A DNA stretch of 64,000 bases from a virus. The notes under the pieces were generated by a model. The model saw only the letters and a program-made list of their open reading frames with translations. It had not been told where the DNA came from and ran no database searches. Positions 10,054-20,712 of this stretch are shown here, piece by piece. A program made the position numbers and the translations under genes. Within the stretch, counting starts at the first letter, position 1, and every line of letters begins with the position of its first letter. Location: positions 9,025-73,024 of IMG/VR virus record IMGVR_UViG_3300024262_000026. One strand, 5' to 3'.

Positions 10054-13000
10054 TTAATCACATCCTTGAAATCCACAATCTTGACATTCTTTACAACCAT
10101 TTTGCCAAATAATATTTGTGCTTCCACATTCAGGACAAATTGTACCTGTAGTTTCAACAGAATCTTTTATCCATTTTTTTAAAATTCGTTTTACACCTGC
10201 TTTCCAAGTTCCAAAATTGAGTTCTTCTTCACCATTAGTTGCCATATTCATACCATCAACAATATTTAATACACTAGGTAGATGTATTCTATGTCTCAAA
10301 AATGCAGACACCATTTTAGAATAATTCCAAAATTCACGATTAAATGCTCTATTTAATCCTTGCATTGTAACCTTATATCCATCTCTATCCGTATATTCAA
10401 AATCATATCTTTTATGAATAACACCGTCACTATCCTTTTCTTTAATTTTAATAATAGTTCCATGTTCCACATAAATAGGAATTTGAAACGATTCAGCCAA
10501 ACCTGTAAATAACTCATATGGATATTTTTCTTTTGATATCTCATCTATACCTAAAAATGCTACCCATTTTTCTTTATTATTAGTGAACTTTATAATTTCA
10601 CATTCTAATCTTTTAGGTCTACGCTTTGCATTATTTTCTTTCATTTGTTGCTCAATACTCTTTTCATCATGAGACACAATAACACCTTGTCGTGAACCAT
10701 CACGATAGACTGTTATACCTTTACAACCTGATTTCCAACCAGTTTCATACACTTTAGAAACCATTTCTTCAGTAACATCATTTGGTAAATTTACAGTAAC
10801 AGAAATTGAATGATCAACATATTTCTGAACTTCGCCTTGCATACGAACTTTTTCAACCCAATCAACATCATTTGATGTCGCTTTATAATAAGGAGATTTT
10901 TTAATAATTTCTTTTAATTCGTCTTCCTTCATCTTCTTAACTTCACCAATATTATAACCATTGATTTCTAACCATGTTTCAAATTTATGGTGAAATACAT
11001 TATATTCTTCCCAATGAACACCTTTATCATCAATAAAATCACTTCTAGAATCTTTATCATTAGGATTAATTTTTCTTCTTCTTTTATAAGATACTAAATA
11101 TACTGGTTCTATACCTGAGGTTGTTTGTGTACAAATTGAAACTGAGCCTGTTGGTGCAATAGTTAAAAGTGCAATATTTCTTCTACCTTTCTTTAATTTT
11201 TCATTCAACTCAGGATCATCATTTTTCAAACGACTAATAAAAGGATTATTGATTTCTTTTTCATAATCATAAACAGGGAAAGAACCTCTTTCCTCTGCCA
11301 TTATTGCAGAAGATTTATAAGCATTAATCGCAAGTATTTTATGAACTTTAGTTGAAAACTCGGTTGCTGGCTTAGTACCATACCTCAAATTAAGAGCAGC
11401 AATCATATCACCTTCAGCAGTTACACCTAACCCTGTCCTTCTACCCTTTTCTGACATTTCTTTAATTTTCAACCATAATTCAGTTTCAGTTCTTTTAATA
11501 TGTGCGGGTTCTGGATCTGTTATAATTTTTTCTAAAATTTTATCAATTTTTTCAAGTTCTAAATCAATAATATCATCCATAAATCTTTGAGCATATTGTA
11601 CATGCTCTGAAAATAATTCAAAATCAAAATATGCATCTTTTGTAAAAGGATTAACAACATATGAATATAAGTTAATTGCCAATAAACGACAAGAATCATA
11701 AGGACATAAAGTTATTTCACCACAATTTTTCACACAAATACCACCTGATGTAATATATTTATCATCTTCAAAATTAGTAATTATATTATAGTTATGATTA
11801 TCATCAACTGTTATATTATACACATCCTCATAACCATAAAATTCAATTTTCATAACTTTATGATTATTCACAACCTGATTTTTAAAATCTGCAAAAGTTT
11901 TATCATTTGAATTATCAAAATCCTTATGATGTATTGCTACATTTTTATAATCTACAAACTCATCATAATAAAATTCATGTATCAATCTATATTGCCTTCT
12001 ATTTCTAAATCTACCACCCAACATTTTCTGACCAGTTTGTGCAATTTGCCTATATCCTTTATTTGAACTAAAAGAATAAAATGATGATATAGAATCTCCT
12101 TCTATTAAATCTTTTAACTCTTTATAAGTATTATTCTTCATATAAATTCTATGATCTGGAGTTGCTATCAACTCAGAACCATCATCTAAAGTTAACTTCC
12201 ATACTTCTACATTTTTCTTAGTTTTTCTAGGATTTCTACCCCATTTAATTTCAACTTTACCTTCATTATTAGTCGAATATACAGGCACATCTTCACCTTC
12301 TAATGCCAACTGTTTTATACTAACAGCATTTCTACCATCAGCAACAGCAATCAAAGAATCACCAACAACACACGGATTCGTACTAATTGTCTTAAAACCA
12401 TACTCTTGGTAACAATCAGGCACAGATTCTCTCATAATAGTGTCCCAAAATAATATACCAGGTTCTGCTGATTTCCAAGCATTATGAACAATTTTATCCC
12501 ATATAGGTTTAGCTTCAACATCTTTTGTAAATTTTGGATTTTTTGAATCTATTGGAAAACTTTGAGTATATTTTGTATTTTTACTAACAGCTTTCATAAA
12601 ATCATCATGAATTTTTATAGATACATTTGCACCAGTTATTTTACCCTCTTGCATTTTCGCATCAATAAATCCACCTGAATCTGGATGTTTAACACTTACT
12701 GTTAACATCAATGCGCCTCTACGTCCATCTTGTGCAACTTCTTCAGTAGTATTTGAAAATCTTTCCATAAAAGGCACTATACCTGTAGATGTTAAGGCTG
12801 AATTTTTCACTCTCATTCCCTTTGGTCTGATATGTGATAAATCATGACCAACACCACCTCTACGTTTCATTAATTGTGCTTGTTCTTGATCTGTTAAAAA
12901 TATACCACCATAAGAATCAGCATCATTACCAATTACAAAACAATTAGATAATGATACCGTTTGTCTATCATTACCTATACCAGACATAGGCGAACCTTGT

Positions 13001-13266
13001 GGTACCATATATTTGAAATTTTTAATTAAGTCAAATATTTTTTCTTCACTCAACGGATTTGAATATTTCTTCTCTATTCTATGCAACTCACGGGCAATCC
13101 TTTTATGCATATCATCAGGAGTTAATTCATAATATACAGTATTATCATCCACTCTACCATCTATTGTATCTTTTAATGAGTACTTATTAATCCAAACATC
13201 AGTTGCTAATGTATCGCCTTTGAAATATTGTAAAGTAGCATTATATACATCTTCTCTTTTGTACAT
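10054..13266 (-). CDS. nrdJ: Class II (adenosylcobalamin-dependent) ribonucleotide reductase, intein-containing
   Basis: SLSNCFV, RRGGVG, RRGALM, TNPC/GE, APTGS, KGITVYRDGSR and C-terminal CPECG...CQDCG; no small subunit nearby. Confidence 0.9.
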   Translation of the reverse strand: MYKREDVYNATLQYFKGDTLATDVWINKYSLKDTIDGRVDDNTVYYELTPDDMHKRIARELHRIEKKYSNPLSEEKIFDLIKNFKYMVPQGSPMSGIGNDRQTVSLSNCFVIGNDADSYGGIFLTDQEQAQLMKRRGGVGHDLSHIRPKGMRVKNSALTSTGIVPFMERFSNTTEEVAQDGRRGALMLTVSVKHPDSGGFIDAKMQEGKITGANVSIKIHDDFMKAVSKNTKYTQSFPIDSKNPKFTKDVEAKPIWDKIVHNAWKSAEPGILFWDTIMRESVPDCYQEYGFKTISTNPCVVGDSLIAVADGRNAVSIKQLALEGEDVPVYSTNNEGKVEIKWGRNPRKTKKNVEVWKLTLDDGSELIATPDHRIYMKNNTYKELKDLIEGDSISSFYSFSSNKGYRQIAQTGQKMLGGRFRNRRQYRLIHEFYYDEFVDYKNVAIHHKDFDNSNDKTFADFKNQVVNNHKVMKIEFYGYEDVYNITVDDNHNYNIITNFEDDKYITSGGICVKNCGEITLCPYDSCRLLAINLYSYVVNPFTKDAYFDFELFSEHVQYAQRFMDDIIDLELEKIDKILEKIITDPEPAHIKRTETELWLKIKEMSEKGRRTGLGVTAEGDMIAALNLRYGTKPATEFSTKVHKILAINAYKSSAIMAEERGSFPVYDYEKEINNPFISRLKNDDPELNEKLKKGRRNIALLTIAPTGSVSICTQTTSGIEPVYLVSYKRRRKINPNDKDSRSDFIDDKGVHWEEYNVFHHKFETWLEINGYNIGEVKKMKEDELKEIIKKSPYYKATSNDVDWVEKVRMQGEVQKYVDHSISVTVNLPNDVTEEMVSKVYETGWKSGCKGITVYRDGSRQGVIVSHDEKSIEQQMKENNAKRRPKRLECEIIKFTNNKEKWVAFLGIDEISKEKYPYELFTGLAESFQIPIYVEHGTIIKIKEKDSDGVIHKRYDFEYTDRDGYKVTMQGLNRAFNREFWNYSKMVSAFLRHRIHLPSVLNIVDGMNMATNGEEELNFGTWKAGVKRILKKWIKDSVETTGTICPECGSTNIIWQNGCKECQDCGFQGCD
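11725..12372 (-). mobile_element. Intein (216 aa) in nrdJ at the NP|C active-site position
   Basis: Begins CVVGDSLI; block B ATPDHRI; ends DVYNITVDDNHNY...GICVKN followed by CGEI. Confidence 0.92.
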
Positions 13267-13283
13267 TTCTTATTCTTATTTTT

Positions 13284-13946
13284 TTATATGAAGTTGATAT
13301 TATTTAAATTATCTAAATATCCACTTTGTTTTAACTCATATATAATTTGAGTTGCATATTCTTTATCAAGCAATTTAAACATATTAAAAATGTTATCTGT
13401 AAAATAATATGATAGTTCTACGAAAATTTCAGATTTTGAATATTTTCGTCCTAAACTATCTAACAACATTCTATAATAATCATTAAATGCTTGTCTATTA
13501 GGTTTTCTTCTATTTGATGTAAAATCAAGTGAAGTTTTCTGCTGTAATAAAGTATAAACATCATTAGACAACTCTAATCTATTAACATATTCATCATTAT
13601 GCTTACTTTCAAATTCATATGCGGACCCCGCTTCAATAGGAAATCCTTCTGACGGGGCATAATCTTCTGTTATATATGAATGTTGTTCTGGTTCTTCTTC
13701 AATTTTACCCTTAAAGATAGTATCTCGTTTTAAACTATGTTTACCCTCAATTTTGTGATTATTGGTATTAAATTTGAACATAATATCAATATCATCATCC
13801 TCATTGTTCTCATCCGAATCATCTTCCGATTCATCAGCAGATTCATCATCCGATTCATCTTCATCAATTTCAGGATCAATATCCAAATCAATTTCTTCCA
13901 ATTCATCTAAATTTTCAGTATCTTTTAATTCTTTTTTACTCATCAA
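13284..13946 (-). CDS. Hypothetical protein with acidic N-terminus
   Basis: 220-aa ORF co-oriented between the helicase and nrdJ. Confidence 0.75.
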   Translation of the reverse strand: MMSKKELKDTENLDELEEIDLDIDPEIDEDESDDESADESEDDSDENNEDDDIDIMFKFNTNNHKIEGKHSLKRDTIFKGKIEEEPEQHSYITEDYAPSEGFPIEAGSAYEFESKHNDEYVNRLELSNDVYTLLQQKTSLDFTSNRRKPNRQAFNDYYRMLLDSLGRKYSKSEIFVELSYYFTDNIFNMFKLLDKEYATQIIYELKQSGYLDNLNNINFI

Positions 13947-13955
13947 TTTTCATCA

Positions 13956-15296
13956 TTATTTTACACCAGTAAGTTGATCATTTTCCATAGTTAAAAACTT
14001 AGTATTAAAATCAAATCTTACTTGTTCTTCTTTATGTTCACCATCTCTTAATTTTAATATTTTCAATCTATAAACATTATTTCTTTTCATTTCAGGATTT
14101 CTTATAATACCCCAAACTGAGTCTGCGGTATCAGCAATAGCCTTACTTTCAGGTATATCAGCCAATTTAATATCTGATGCTCCCCAAACGGCTTTATCTA
14201 CTTGAGTTGCGGTAATAAGTGCCACTTGATATTTGTCTGCGATTCTTCTTAATCCTTCGGCTAAATGCTTACCTTTTAAATATAACATGTTACCTGCATC
14301 ATTACCCTTTTCAATAGACATAATGTTAATATAGTCAACTATTACCATACCAACTTTTAATCTTTTTACCTCTTCAAATTTCTTTATATAATTATCAATA
14401 TCTGTTATTGTACAATCAGATGTATTATACTTTTTTACAAATATTTTACCAGGTTGTGAATCAAAAAGATCACCAACTGTTGATTGTGATTTCAAATTAT
14501 TTATTCTTTGTTTCATAAATACTGAATCCTTTGATTTTTCATCATATTCATCAATATTTATTTTTAATCTCATAGAACCAATTCTCTTCATTACTTTTTG
14601 GTTTGTCATTTCTAATGTTATCATTAAAACATTAGTACCAGCATTTGCAGCATTACAAGCAATATTATGAAGCCACATCGACTTTCCAACATTTGTCTCA
14701 CCCATAAGAACATTAAATGTTGATTTACTCCAACCACCACCTAATATCGAATCAATTGACGACCAACCAGATGGTATGGTGTTCTTTAATAATCTTTGTT
14801 TATGTGTCTCAGGGTCATCAAAATCATCACCTAAATCTTCATCATCGTCATCAACAAGCATGACATTATTGAAGAGATTTTTAAGTTTAGAGGCAACTTC
14901 TTGTATATTATCATAATTCACATCTTCTATTCCTCTAACCATATCAATACTCTTCAATACATCACCCTTTATTTGATTTTGTATTTTCCAAGCCTTAAAT
15001 CTTGGGGAAAGCCATTCATCACTTATATCAGTATTGTCCGACTTAAGTAACAATTGAATAACTTTCGCATTAATCTTATTATCCTCATCAGCCAATTTGA
15101 CCATTGCATAAATTTGTTGGGGGCTAGGAATAATACGACTCTCACTCTTAAGATATTCTTCTCGAATGACGGTATATATAAATTGTATATCTTGATTTTT
15201 GAAAAAATATGGCTCAACTTTACTAAATTGTTCAGGATTATCCATAATCCAAATAAAGTAATGCTTCTCCATATTTGTATTCATAGTATCAGCCAT
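13956..15296 (-). CDS. T4 gp41-like (DnaB superfamily) replicative helicase
   Basis: GETNVGKS Walker A, ITLEM, IVDYINIM, ITATQ, LKLRDG. Confidence 0.9.
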   Translation of the reverse strand: MADTMNTNMEKHYFIWIMDNPEQFSKVEPYFFKNQDIQFIYTVIREEYLKSESRIIPSPQQIYAMVKLADEDNKINAKVIQLLLKSDNTDISDEWLSPRFKAWKIQNQIKGDVLKSIDMVRGIEDVNYDNIQEVASKLKNLFNNVMLVDDDDEDLGDDFDDPETHKQRLLKNTIPSGWSSIDSILGGGWSKSTFNVLMGETNVGKSMWLHNIACNAANAGTNVLMITLEMTNQKVMKRIGSMRLKINIDEYDEKSKDSVFMKQRINNLKSQSTVGDLFDSQPGKIFVKKYNTSDCTITDIDNYIKKFEEVKRLKVGMVIVDYINIMSIEKGNDAGNMLYLKGKHLAEGLRRIADKYQVALITATQVDKAVWGASDIKLADIPESKAIADTADSVWGIIRNPEMKRNNVYRLKILKLRDGEHKEEQVRFDFNTKFLTMENDQLTGVK

Positions 15297-15321
15297 ATAT
15301 TATGGTTAATTTTTATCTCTA

Positions 15322-16557
15322 TTATTCAAATAGTGAGCCATCATCTAAATCATCAGAGGAAATGATATTATCTGCTTCAATATCATTGAGTTTTTCATCA
15401 AACCCTTCTAATTCTTTAAGATATTCATCGTATGATGGATATTTAAAATATTCATAAATTATTGGTTCCATCGCCTTCAAAACATCAGCATTAAATACTT
15501 TTCTATTATAAAGTTGTTTTTCAGTTAATGATTTATCATCTAAATGCTTTACAAGCCACCTTGTCGATGGTTCATATGTAATCTCACCAGTAGATTTATC
15601 TAAAACTTTTTTTGCTTTTGCGATTCCAAGTTTATCAAAATTTTCAAATGTGCAAAAGAAATCTAATCCTTTATATGGATTTATACCTTTTGTGAAGTCA
15701 ATCTCAAATTTAACCTTCTTAGGTTTTGCTATTCTATTTTTCGCAGATTTCGCAGTAATAACAGAGCCACTTTTACCTAAATCTAATTCATCTTCTTGAC
15801 CAGTTTTTAACTTTGCATCAGATAAAAATAGAATTACACTCGCTGCATAATATAAACCTTCACCTCCACCCATAATAGTTTGAGGGAACATATCCATTGT
15901 TAAATATGTATGATTAGTCGCAACTAATGGAATACCTAAAAAACCTAAATCATTTGTTATAAGTCTAACGAGAGATTTAATTTGTTTTGCTCTTGTCATA
16001 TCTTGTTTAGATTTGAACGCAAGAACATCATCTTTTTCTTTTTCAGAAGCTAACATACCAATTGAATCGATAAAAATTATTGTTTTTGAGACATCCAAAC
16101 CTTCATCTTTCAATTTTTGTAACGCATCTAAAAATGATGTCAAAAACATTTTAATTTTCTCAACAACATTAGTTCTCATTAACATAAATTTGTTAGGATC
16201 AGTAGTGTCAATACCATACATTTCGAAATCTGTTTTCTCAATTGAAAACTCTGTATCTATCCATACAATATTATATCCTTCAAGTTGTGCGTTTCTTGCT
16301 ATGTTTAGGGAAATGAAACTCTTACCTGTCTGTTTAGGACCAGCAATTACAGTTATTTTATTGTTTGGTATACCACCCTTCAATATACTTTTAGATAATA
16401 AGCCATCTAAAATATGTATTCCAGTAGATATAAAATGTTTTTCTTTATCTAATTCTTCAATAGTTACAATATCTTTTTTAGATATATTGTCAATTAAATT
16501 AGAAATTTTTGAGAAATCAAAATCCTTACTAGACTTAGCGGATTTTCTTTTTGCCAT
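15322..16557 (-). CDS. uvsX: UvsX/RecA-like recombinase
   Basis: STG, GPKQTGKS, IDTE, IDSIG, DMTRAK, TNHTY, MGGG.G..YAAS, KNR. Confidence 0.9.
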   Translation of the reverse strand: MAKRKSAKSSKDFDFSKISNLIDNISKKDIVTIEELDKEKHFISTGIHILDGLLSKSILKGGIPNNKITVIAGPKQTGKSFISLNIARNAQLEGYNIVWIDTEFSIEKTDFEMYGIDTTDPNKFMLMRTNVVEKIKMFLTSFLDALQKLKDEGLDVSKTIIFIDSIGMLASEKEKDDVLAFKSKQDMTRAKQIKSLVRLITNDLGFLGIPLVATNHTYLTMDMFPQTIMGGGEGLYYAASVILFLSDAKLKTGQEDELDLGKSGSVITAKSAKNRIAKPKKVKFEIDFTKGINPYKGLDFFCTFENFDKLGIAKAKKVLDKSTGEITYEPSTRWLVKHLDDKSLTEKQLYNRKVFNADVLKAMEPIIYEYFKYPSYDEYLKELEGFDEKLNDIEADNIISSDDLDDGSLFE

Positions 16558-16682
16558 TTGTTTTGTATTATTTTTTATTTAGACTTATTATAAATAAATC
16601 TATTCTTTATACAAGAAAGAACCAAAAAAGTTTTTTAAATTATTTATTGTTTTAAATAATTTTGAGAGGACCCTTTTATAAG

Positions 16683-16692
16683 TAATATATAA
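16683..16692 (+). promoter_or_regulatory. Putative phage late promoter (nnATATATAA class)
   Basis: TAATATATAA upstream of 16717; same motif precedes many structural and CTS-tagged genes. Confidence 0.5.
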
Positions 16693-16716
16693 TAGAAAAT
16701 TATTTGTTTATCGTTT

Positions 16717-17115
16717 ATGAATTTTTATGTAGTTTTCGTTAAGAATAGGAAAAAATTTGATAAATATGTTAAAATAAATAGAGTTAGAAACAAGGCGATC
16801 ATCGACATCAAACAACAACTGGATGAACATGGAATTGAGAATCTTGATGACTATAAAGACTATTTTAACCTATTAATTTACACTAAAATAATTCAAACGT
16901 TTAGAAAAAAACGTGATGTTTATTATATACCAAATTTAAATAAAATAAAACACATTGGAATAGAAGATGTGTTACAAATCAAAGAGAACCTTGGTATAAA
17001 TCATAAATTTAATTTATTATTATTTTTTGAAGATTTTAAAGATAGTGATAATATATCAAGTATCATATCAGATATGAACATTTTTGATGCCGTCCAAATA
17101 ATAAGCGACTATTAA
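16717..17115 (+). CDS. Hypothetical protein
   Basis: 132-aa ORF at the head of the structural cluster. Confidence 0.7.
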   Translation: MNFYVVFVKNRKKFDKYVKINRVRNKAIIDIKQQLDEHGIENLDDYKDYFNLLIYTKIIQTFRKKRDVYYIPNLNKIKHIGIEDVLQIKENLGINHKFNLLLFFEDFKDSDNISSIISDMNIFDAVQIISDY

Positions 17116-17145
17116 TTTCTCACCTAATACAAAGAAAGAAAAATT

Positions 17146-17155
17146 TTATATATAA
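17146..17155 (+). promoter_or_regulatory. Putative late promoter
   Basis: TTATATATAA upstream of 17175. Confidence 0.5.
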
Positions 17156-17174
17156 GTAAAAATTACAATATGTT

Positions 17175-18812
17175 ATGGCACATTTCTCTGAAATGGAATT
17201 TTTATTTATAAACACCCCTGGCAAAAAAACACCAGCAACGAACACTATCGATAATACTGTTGGTGATAATGAGAGATCCATATATGCATTAAATACCACA
17301 AGTACCCAACATTACTATGTATATAAAGGAAGGGAAGGAATAAGAGAAAAAGGTGTTGATAGCACAGGATTACGAAATGAAAGATTATTAGGAAATCACA
17401 AAACAAAAGAAATTAAAAATTACACAAAAACAACAGTATATGAAAAAGGTTCAAACAACCCATATGTAGATCTAATTAATAATTTTAATGGTACAAACTC
17501 TTCAAAATCTTTACTAATTAAACCATCAGACTTAGCATATCTAAGAGAATTAGGTGTGTATCCAATAAACAGAATGGTGATACTTAGAAGATTTGATGAA
17601 GGTTCAGCAATACCTGAAAAATTAGATGAATTAAATTCAGCACCAATATCAACGGTTATTGGTTGGTTAAAAGAAGAAGATAGTTTTGGTAAAATTAGAT
17701 TTAATGAAAATTGGACAACTACACAAAAAAGATTAGATGAATTGCTTGGTGATATGATAAAAGAAAACTTTGCAAAAGGTAGCAATCTAAAATCAATTAT
17801 GCCTGTGCCAAGTTTTGCCAGAGGAATACTTTTTGGATTAATGAGACAAATGGGAATTACAGGTGGGGAAGATTCACCTTGGAATTGGAATAATATACCT
17901 ATTGGCAATCCAAATGTGCTTCAAGAAGGACCATATAGAGACCCATCTACCCAAAACATAAAATCAGATATGCAATACTCATTTGAAACAACATATGAGC
18001 AAAAATTTATTGGTGATGTTGATCCAGGTGCGGCAATGATTGATATTATTGATAACCTATTAAAAATGGGCACAAGTGATATGAAATATTGGTTGAATGG
18101 TGAATCTGGAATAATACAATCAGCAAAAAGTGGAATTATGAAGGATGATATAAATTATTGGTGGTTACTTGTAAAACGAGCAGTAACTGGTTTAGGTGAA
18201 CTAATTAAAAAATCTATCAGCGCATTAAAAGCCGCAACAGGTGAAGCCGTGGACAAATTGCAAGAACTGTCACCAGGAGAAATTATGGAACAAGGTAAAA
18301 ACCTTCTCAGGGAGACTTTAAAAACTGTAATGACAGCCACAATTGCAAAATATAGATGGGAACTTAAAGGTTCAATAGAGATGATGACAGGTAGAGATAG
18401 TTCAACACCATGGTATTTAACCGTAGGCAATCCTTACACACCTTGGTTAGCAACCAACCATATAATAGTCAACAAAGTAGATATTGAAACAAGTAATGAA
18501 GTTGGATTTAATGATATGCCTATGTGGTTAAAAGCTACAATAAGTTGTAGTCAATCAAGAAATTTAGGTAGAAATGAAATTATCCGAATGTTTAATAATT
18601 CATTTTTGAGAGATTATTCTAAATATGATAAAAATCCTATGGGGGATAATATAAAACCTTTTGATCAAGCCACACCATTGACAAGTGAAAACAATCCAAA
18701 CAATGTTGGCACCGAATCATCAACGGAAAAAAGACAAATGTTAAATATACCTAATGTTGACACACAATCACAAATCAACAGTTTAACCACATCATTAAAT
18801 AAATTACGATAA
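17175..18812 (+). CDS. Putative baseplate/tail-tube-associated structural protein (gp48/gp54-like)
   Basis: PWYLTVGNPY...FNDMPMWLKATISC segment resembles tube-initiator proteins; lies before gp53-like gene. Confidence 0.45.
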   Translation: MAHFSEMEFLFINTPGKKTPATNTIDNTVGDNERSIYALNTTSTQHYYVYKGREGIREKGVDSTGLRNERLLGNHKTKEIKNYTKTTVYEKGSNNPYVDLINNFNGTNSSKSLLIKPSDLAYLRELGVYPINRMVILRRFDEGSAIPEKLDELNSAPISTVIGWLKEEDSFGKIRFNENWTTTQKRLDELLGDMIKENFAKGSNLKSIMPVPSFARGILFGLMRQMGITGGEDSPWNWNNIPIGNPNVLQEGPYRDPSTQNIKSDMQYSFETTYEQKFIGDVDPGAAMIDIIDNLLKMGTSDMKYWLNGESGIIQSAKSGIMKDDINYWWLLVKRAVTGLGELIKKSISALKAATGEAVDKLQELSPGEIMEQGKNLLRETLKTVMTATIAKYRWELKGSIEMMTGRDSSTPWYLTVGNPYTPWLATNHIIVNKVDIETSNEVGFNDMPMWLKATISCSQSRNLGRNEIIRMFNNSFLRDYSKYDKNPMGDNIKPFDQATPLTSENNPNNVGTESSTEKRQMLNIPNVDTQSQINSLTTSLNKLR

Positions 18813-18827
18813 AAATAACCACTTACA

Positions 18828-19283
18828 ATGAACATTTATTCATTTGACATATCATCATTAAAGTTAAAAGATAAACTATTTAATCTATTTCAAAAAAATA
18901 TTGTCTATAATATTGAAATTCAACTTTACACATATATAGTACCTAGAGAATATGAAATGAGGTTAGATTTAATTTCCAAAAGAATATATGGTTCGTCAAA
19001 TTATGTTGAAGAACTAATGGTTATTAATAATATTATTAATCCATATTCAGTAAAAGAGAATCAAGAAATATATTATTGCTCAGAAAATAATATAAATTAT
19101 CTTTATGTTAAAGATGATTTAGAAGATACTGATGATATAAGAGAGCATATTATACGAACATCACAACCTAATAAAAATCGTGAAACTAATAAAATTCCCA
19201 CAACATTACAACCTAAAAATATCAAACAGGTTACTATAGACACTAAGAATAGGAAGATTAAAATCATGAATTCATTTAAATAA
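18828..19283 (+). CDS. Baseplate wedge protein, gp53/LysM-like
   Basis: YIV...EMRLDLISKRIYGSSNY.E.LM.INNI.NP motif. Confidence 0.75.
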   Translation: MNIYSFDISSLKLKDKLFNLFQKNIVYNIEIQLYTYIVPREYEMRLDLISKRIYGSSNYVEELMVINNIINPYSVKENQEIYYCSENNINYLYVKDDLEDTDDIREHIIRTSQPNKNRETNKIPTTLQPKNIKQVTIDTKNRKIKIMNSFK

Positions 19284-19300
19284 CGGGGTAAGTTGCATTT

Positions 19301-19310
19301 TTATATATAA
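19301..19310 (+). promoter_or_regulatory. Putative late promoter
   Basis: TTATATATAA upstream of 19330. Confidence 0.5.
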
Positions 19311-19329
19311 TAAAAATGTAATTTACAAA

Positions 19330-20703
19330 ATGATAGAAGTAAAGGAATATTCTAATATTAAACAAAGATTAATTGAATTTAATTTCGCAGGTAATCAACC
19401 TGACAACGCATTAACAGATTATGCATCATCCTTTGATATTTTTCCTATTGTTTTATTAAGCAAATCTAACCAAAATTCGGGCACAACAATTGATCCTAGT
19501 GCAATTTTTAATATCAGATTGTTCAATAACAAATTTTTACCAGAAATTGAAATGGTATGTATAGATGAAATTGGTACATTAATTGACGACTTTTTTCCTT
19601 TTGATAATGATGTAATATTAAGCATTTTTGTAAAATCAACATCAGAAGAAACTATGCCAATTAGAATGGATTTTAGAATATTACAATATAATCCAATACA
19701 AGCAAGTATTGAAAGCACAGAAAAAAGATTCTCACTTAAAGGAATATTAGATGTTGAAGGGTTACACTACACAATATTTGAATCATATCCACATGAAACT
19801 AGTTATAATGTTTTAAAAACCATATCCAATAAAATAGGTTTAGGATTCGCAACAAATATGAGTAATACTGATGATAATATGACTTGGATAAACCCAGCAT
19901 ATACTTATTTAGAATTTATTCAGGATATTACTAAAAGAGCATATATATCAGACAATACCTTCGTTTGGTCATTTATAGACTTTTACTATAATTTAAACTT
20001 TGTTGATATAGAAACCGAACTTAGCGAATCACCAAAAGTCTTACAATCCATAAATACAAACTTTACTGATGAAAAAAACGAAGAAAAAAAAGAAGATTTC
20101 GTTGATCTTTATCTATCAACAAGCGACAATTTAGCAATGACAAACAAATTTATCGCAAAATACAATCTAACTAACCGTTCATTTAACACAAATTTAGATT
20201 CAGGATATATTTATTCTTCTAGATGGTTTGATAAATCAACAAATACAATTGAACAAACACTCACTCAAGAGAACCAAACTGACGATCCAAATTTAATTCA
20301 ACTAATAACTAATGAACCTATCGTAAATAATAATAAAGGTGGCACATTCTTAGGTAAAATAGATGAAGATAATGTACATAAGAACTATCACTTAGCATTA
20401 ACACTAAATGAATTTAATATATCTAAATTACATAAAGTAACAATGACAGCAACACTTCAAATGGTTAATTTTGAGATTCGAAGATTTCAAAACTTATTAA
20501 TAGATTTTTTTGATGTTAATATAACAAAGGATGATATCGGAGTAAAAGAAAAATTGTCTGGATATTGGTTTGTTACTGGAATTAATTATAACTTCAAAAG
20601 AAATGGTGGAGCAACACAAGAAATCACATTAGTTCGTAGAGATTTAAATTTAACATATACAGAACTTCACGACATAAGAAACGAATTAAATCGAAAAAAA
20701 TAA
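19330..20703 (+). CDS. Baseplate hub protein, gp27/late-control-D-like
   Basis: C-terminal LSGYWFVTGINYNF...QEITLVRRD; context between gp53-like and gp5-like genes. Confidence 0.6.
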   Translation: MIEVKEYSNIKQRLIEFNFAGNQPDNALTDYASSFDIFPIVLLSKSNQNSGTTIDPSAIFNIRLFNNKFLPEIEMVCIDEIGTLIDDFFPFDNDVILSIFVKSTSEETMPIRMDFRILQYNPIQASIESTEKRFSLKGILDVEGLHYTIFESYPHETSYNVLKTISNKIGLGFATNMSNTDDNMTWINPAYTYLEFIQDITKRAYISDNTFVWSFIDFYYNLNFVDIETELSESPKVLQSINTNFTDEKNEEKKEDFVDLYLSTSDNLAMTNKFIAKYNLTNRSFNTNLDSGYIYSSRWFDKSTNTIEQTLTQENQTDDPNLIQLITNEPIVNNNKGGTFLGKIDEDNVHKNYHLALTLNEFNISKLHKVTMTATLQMVNFEIRRFQNLLIDFFDVNITKDDIGVKEKLSGYWFVTGINYNFKRNGGATQEITLVRRDLNLTYTELHDIRNELNRKK

Positions 20704-20712
20704 TTAACAACT

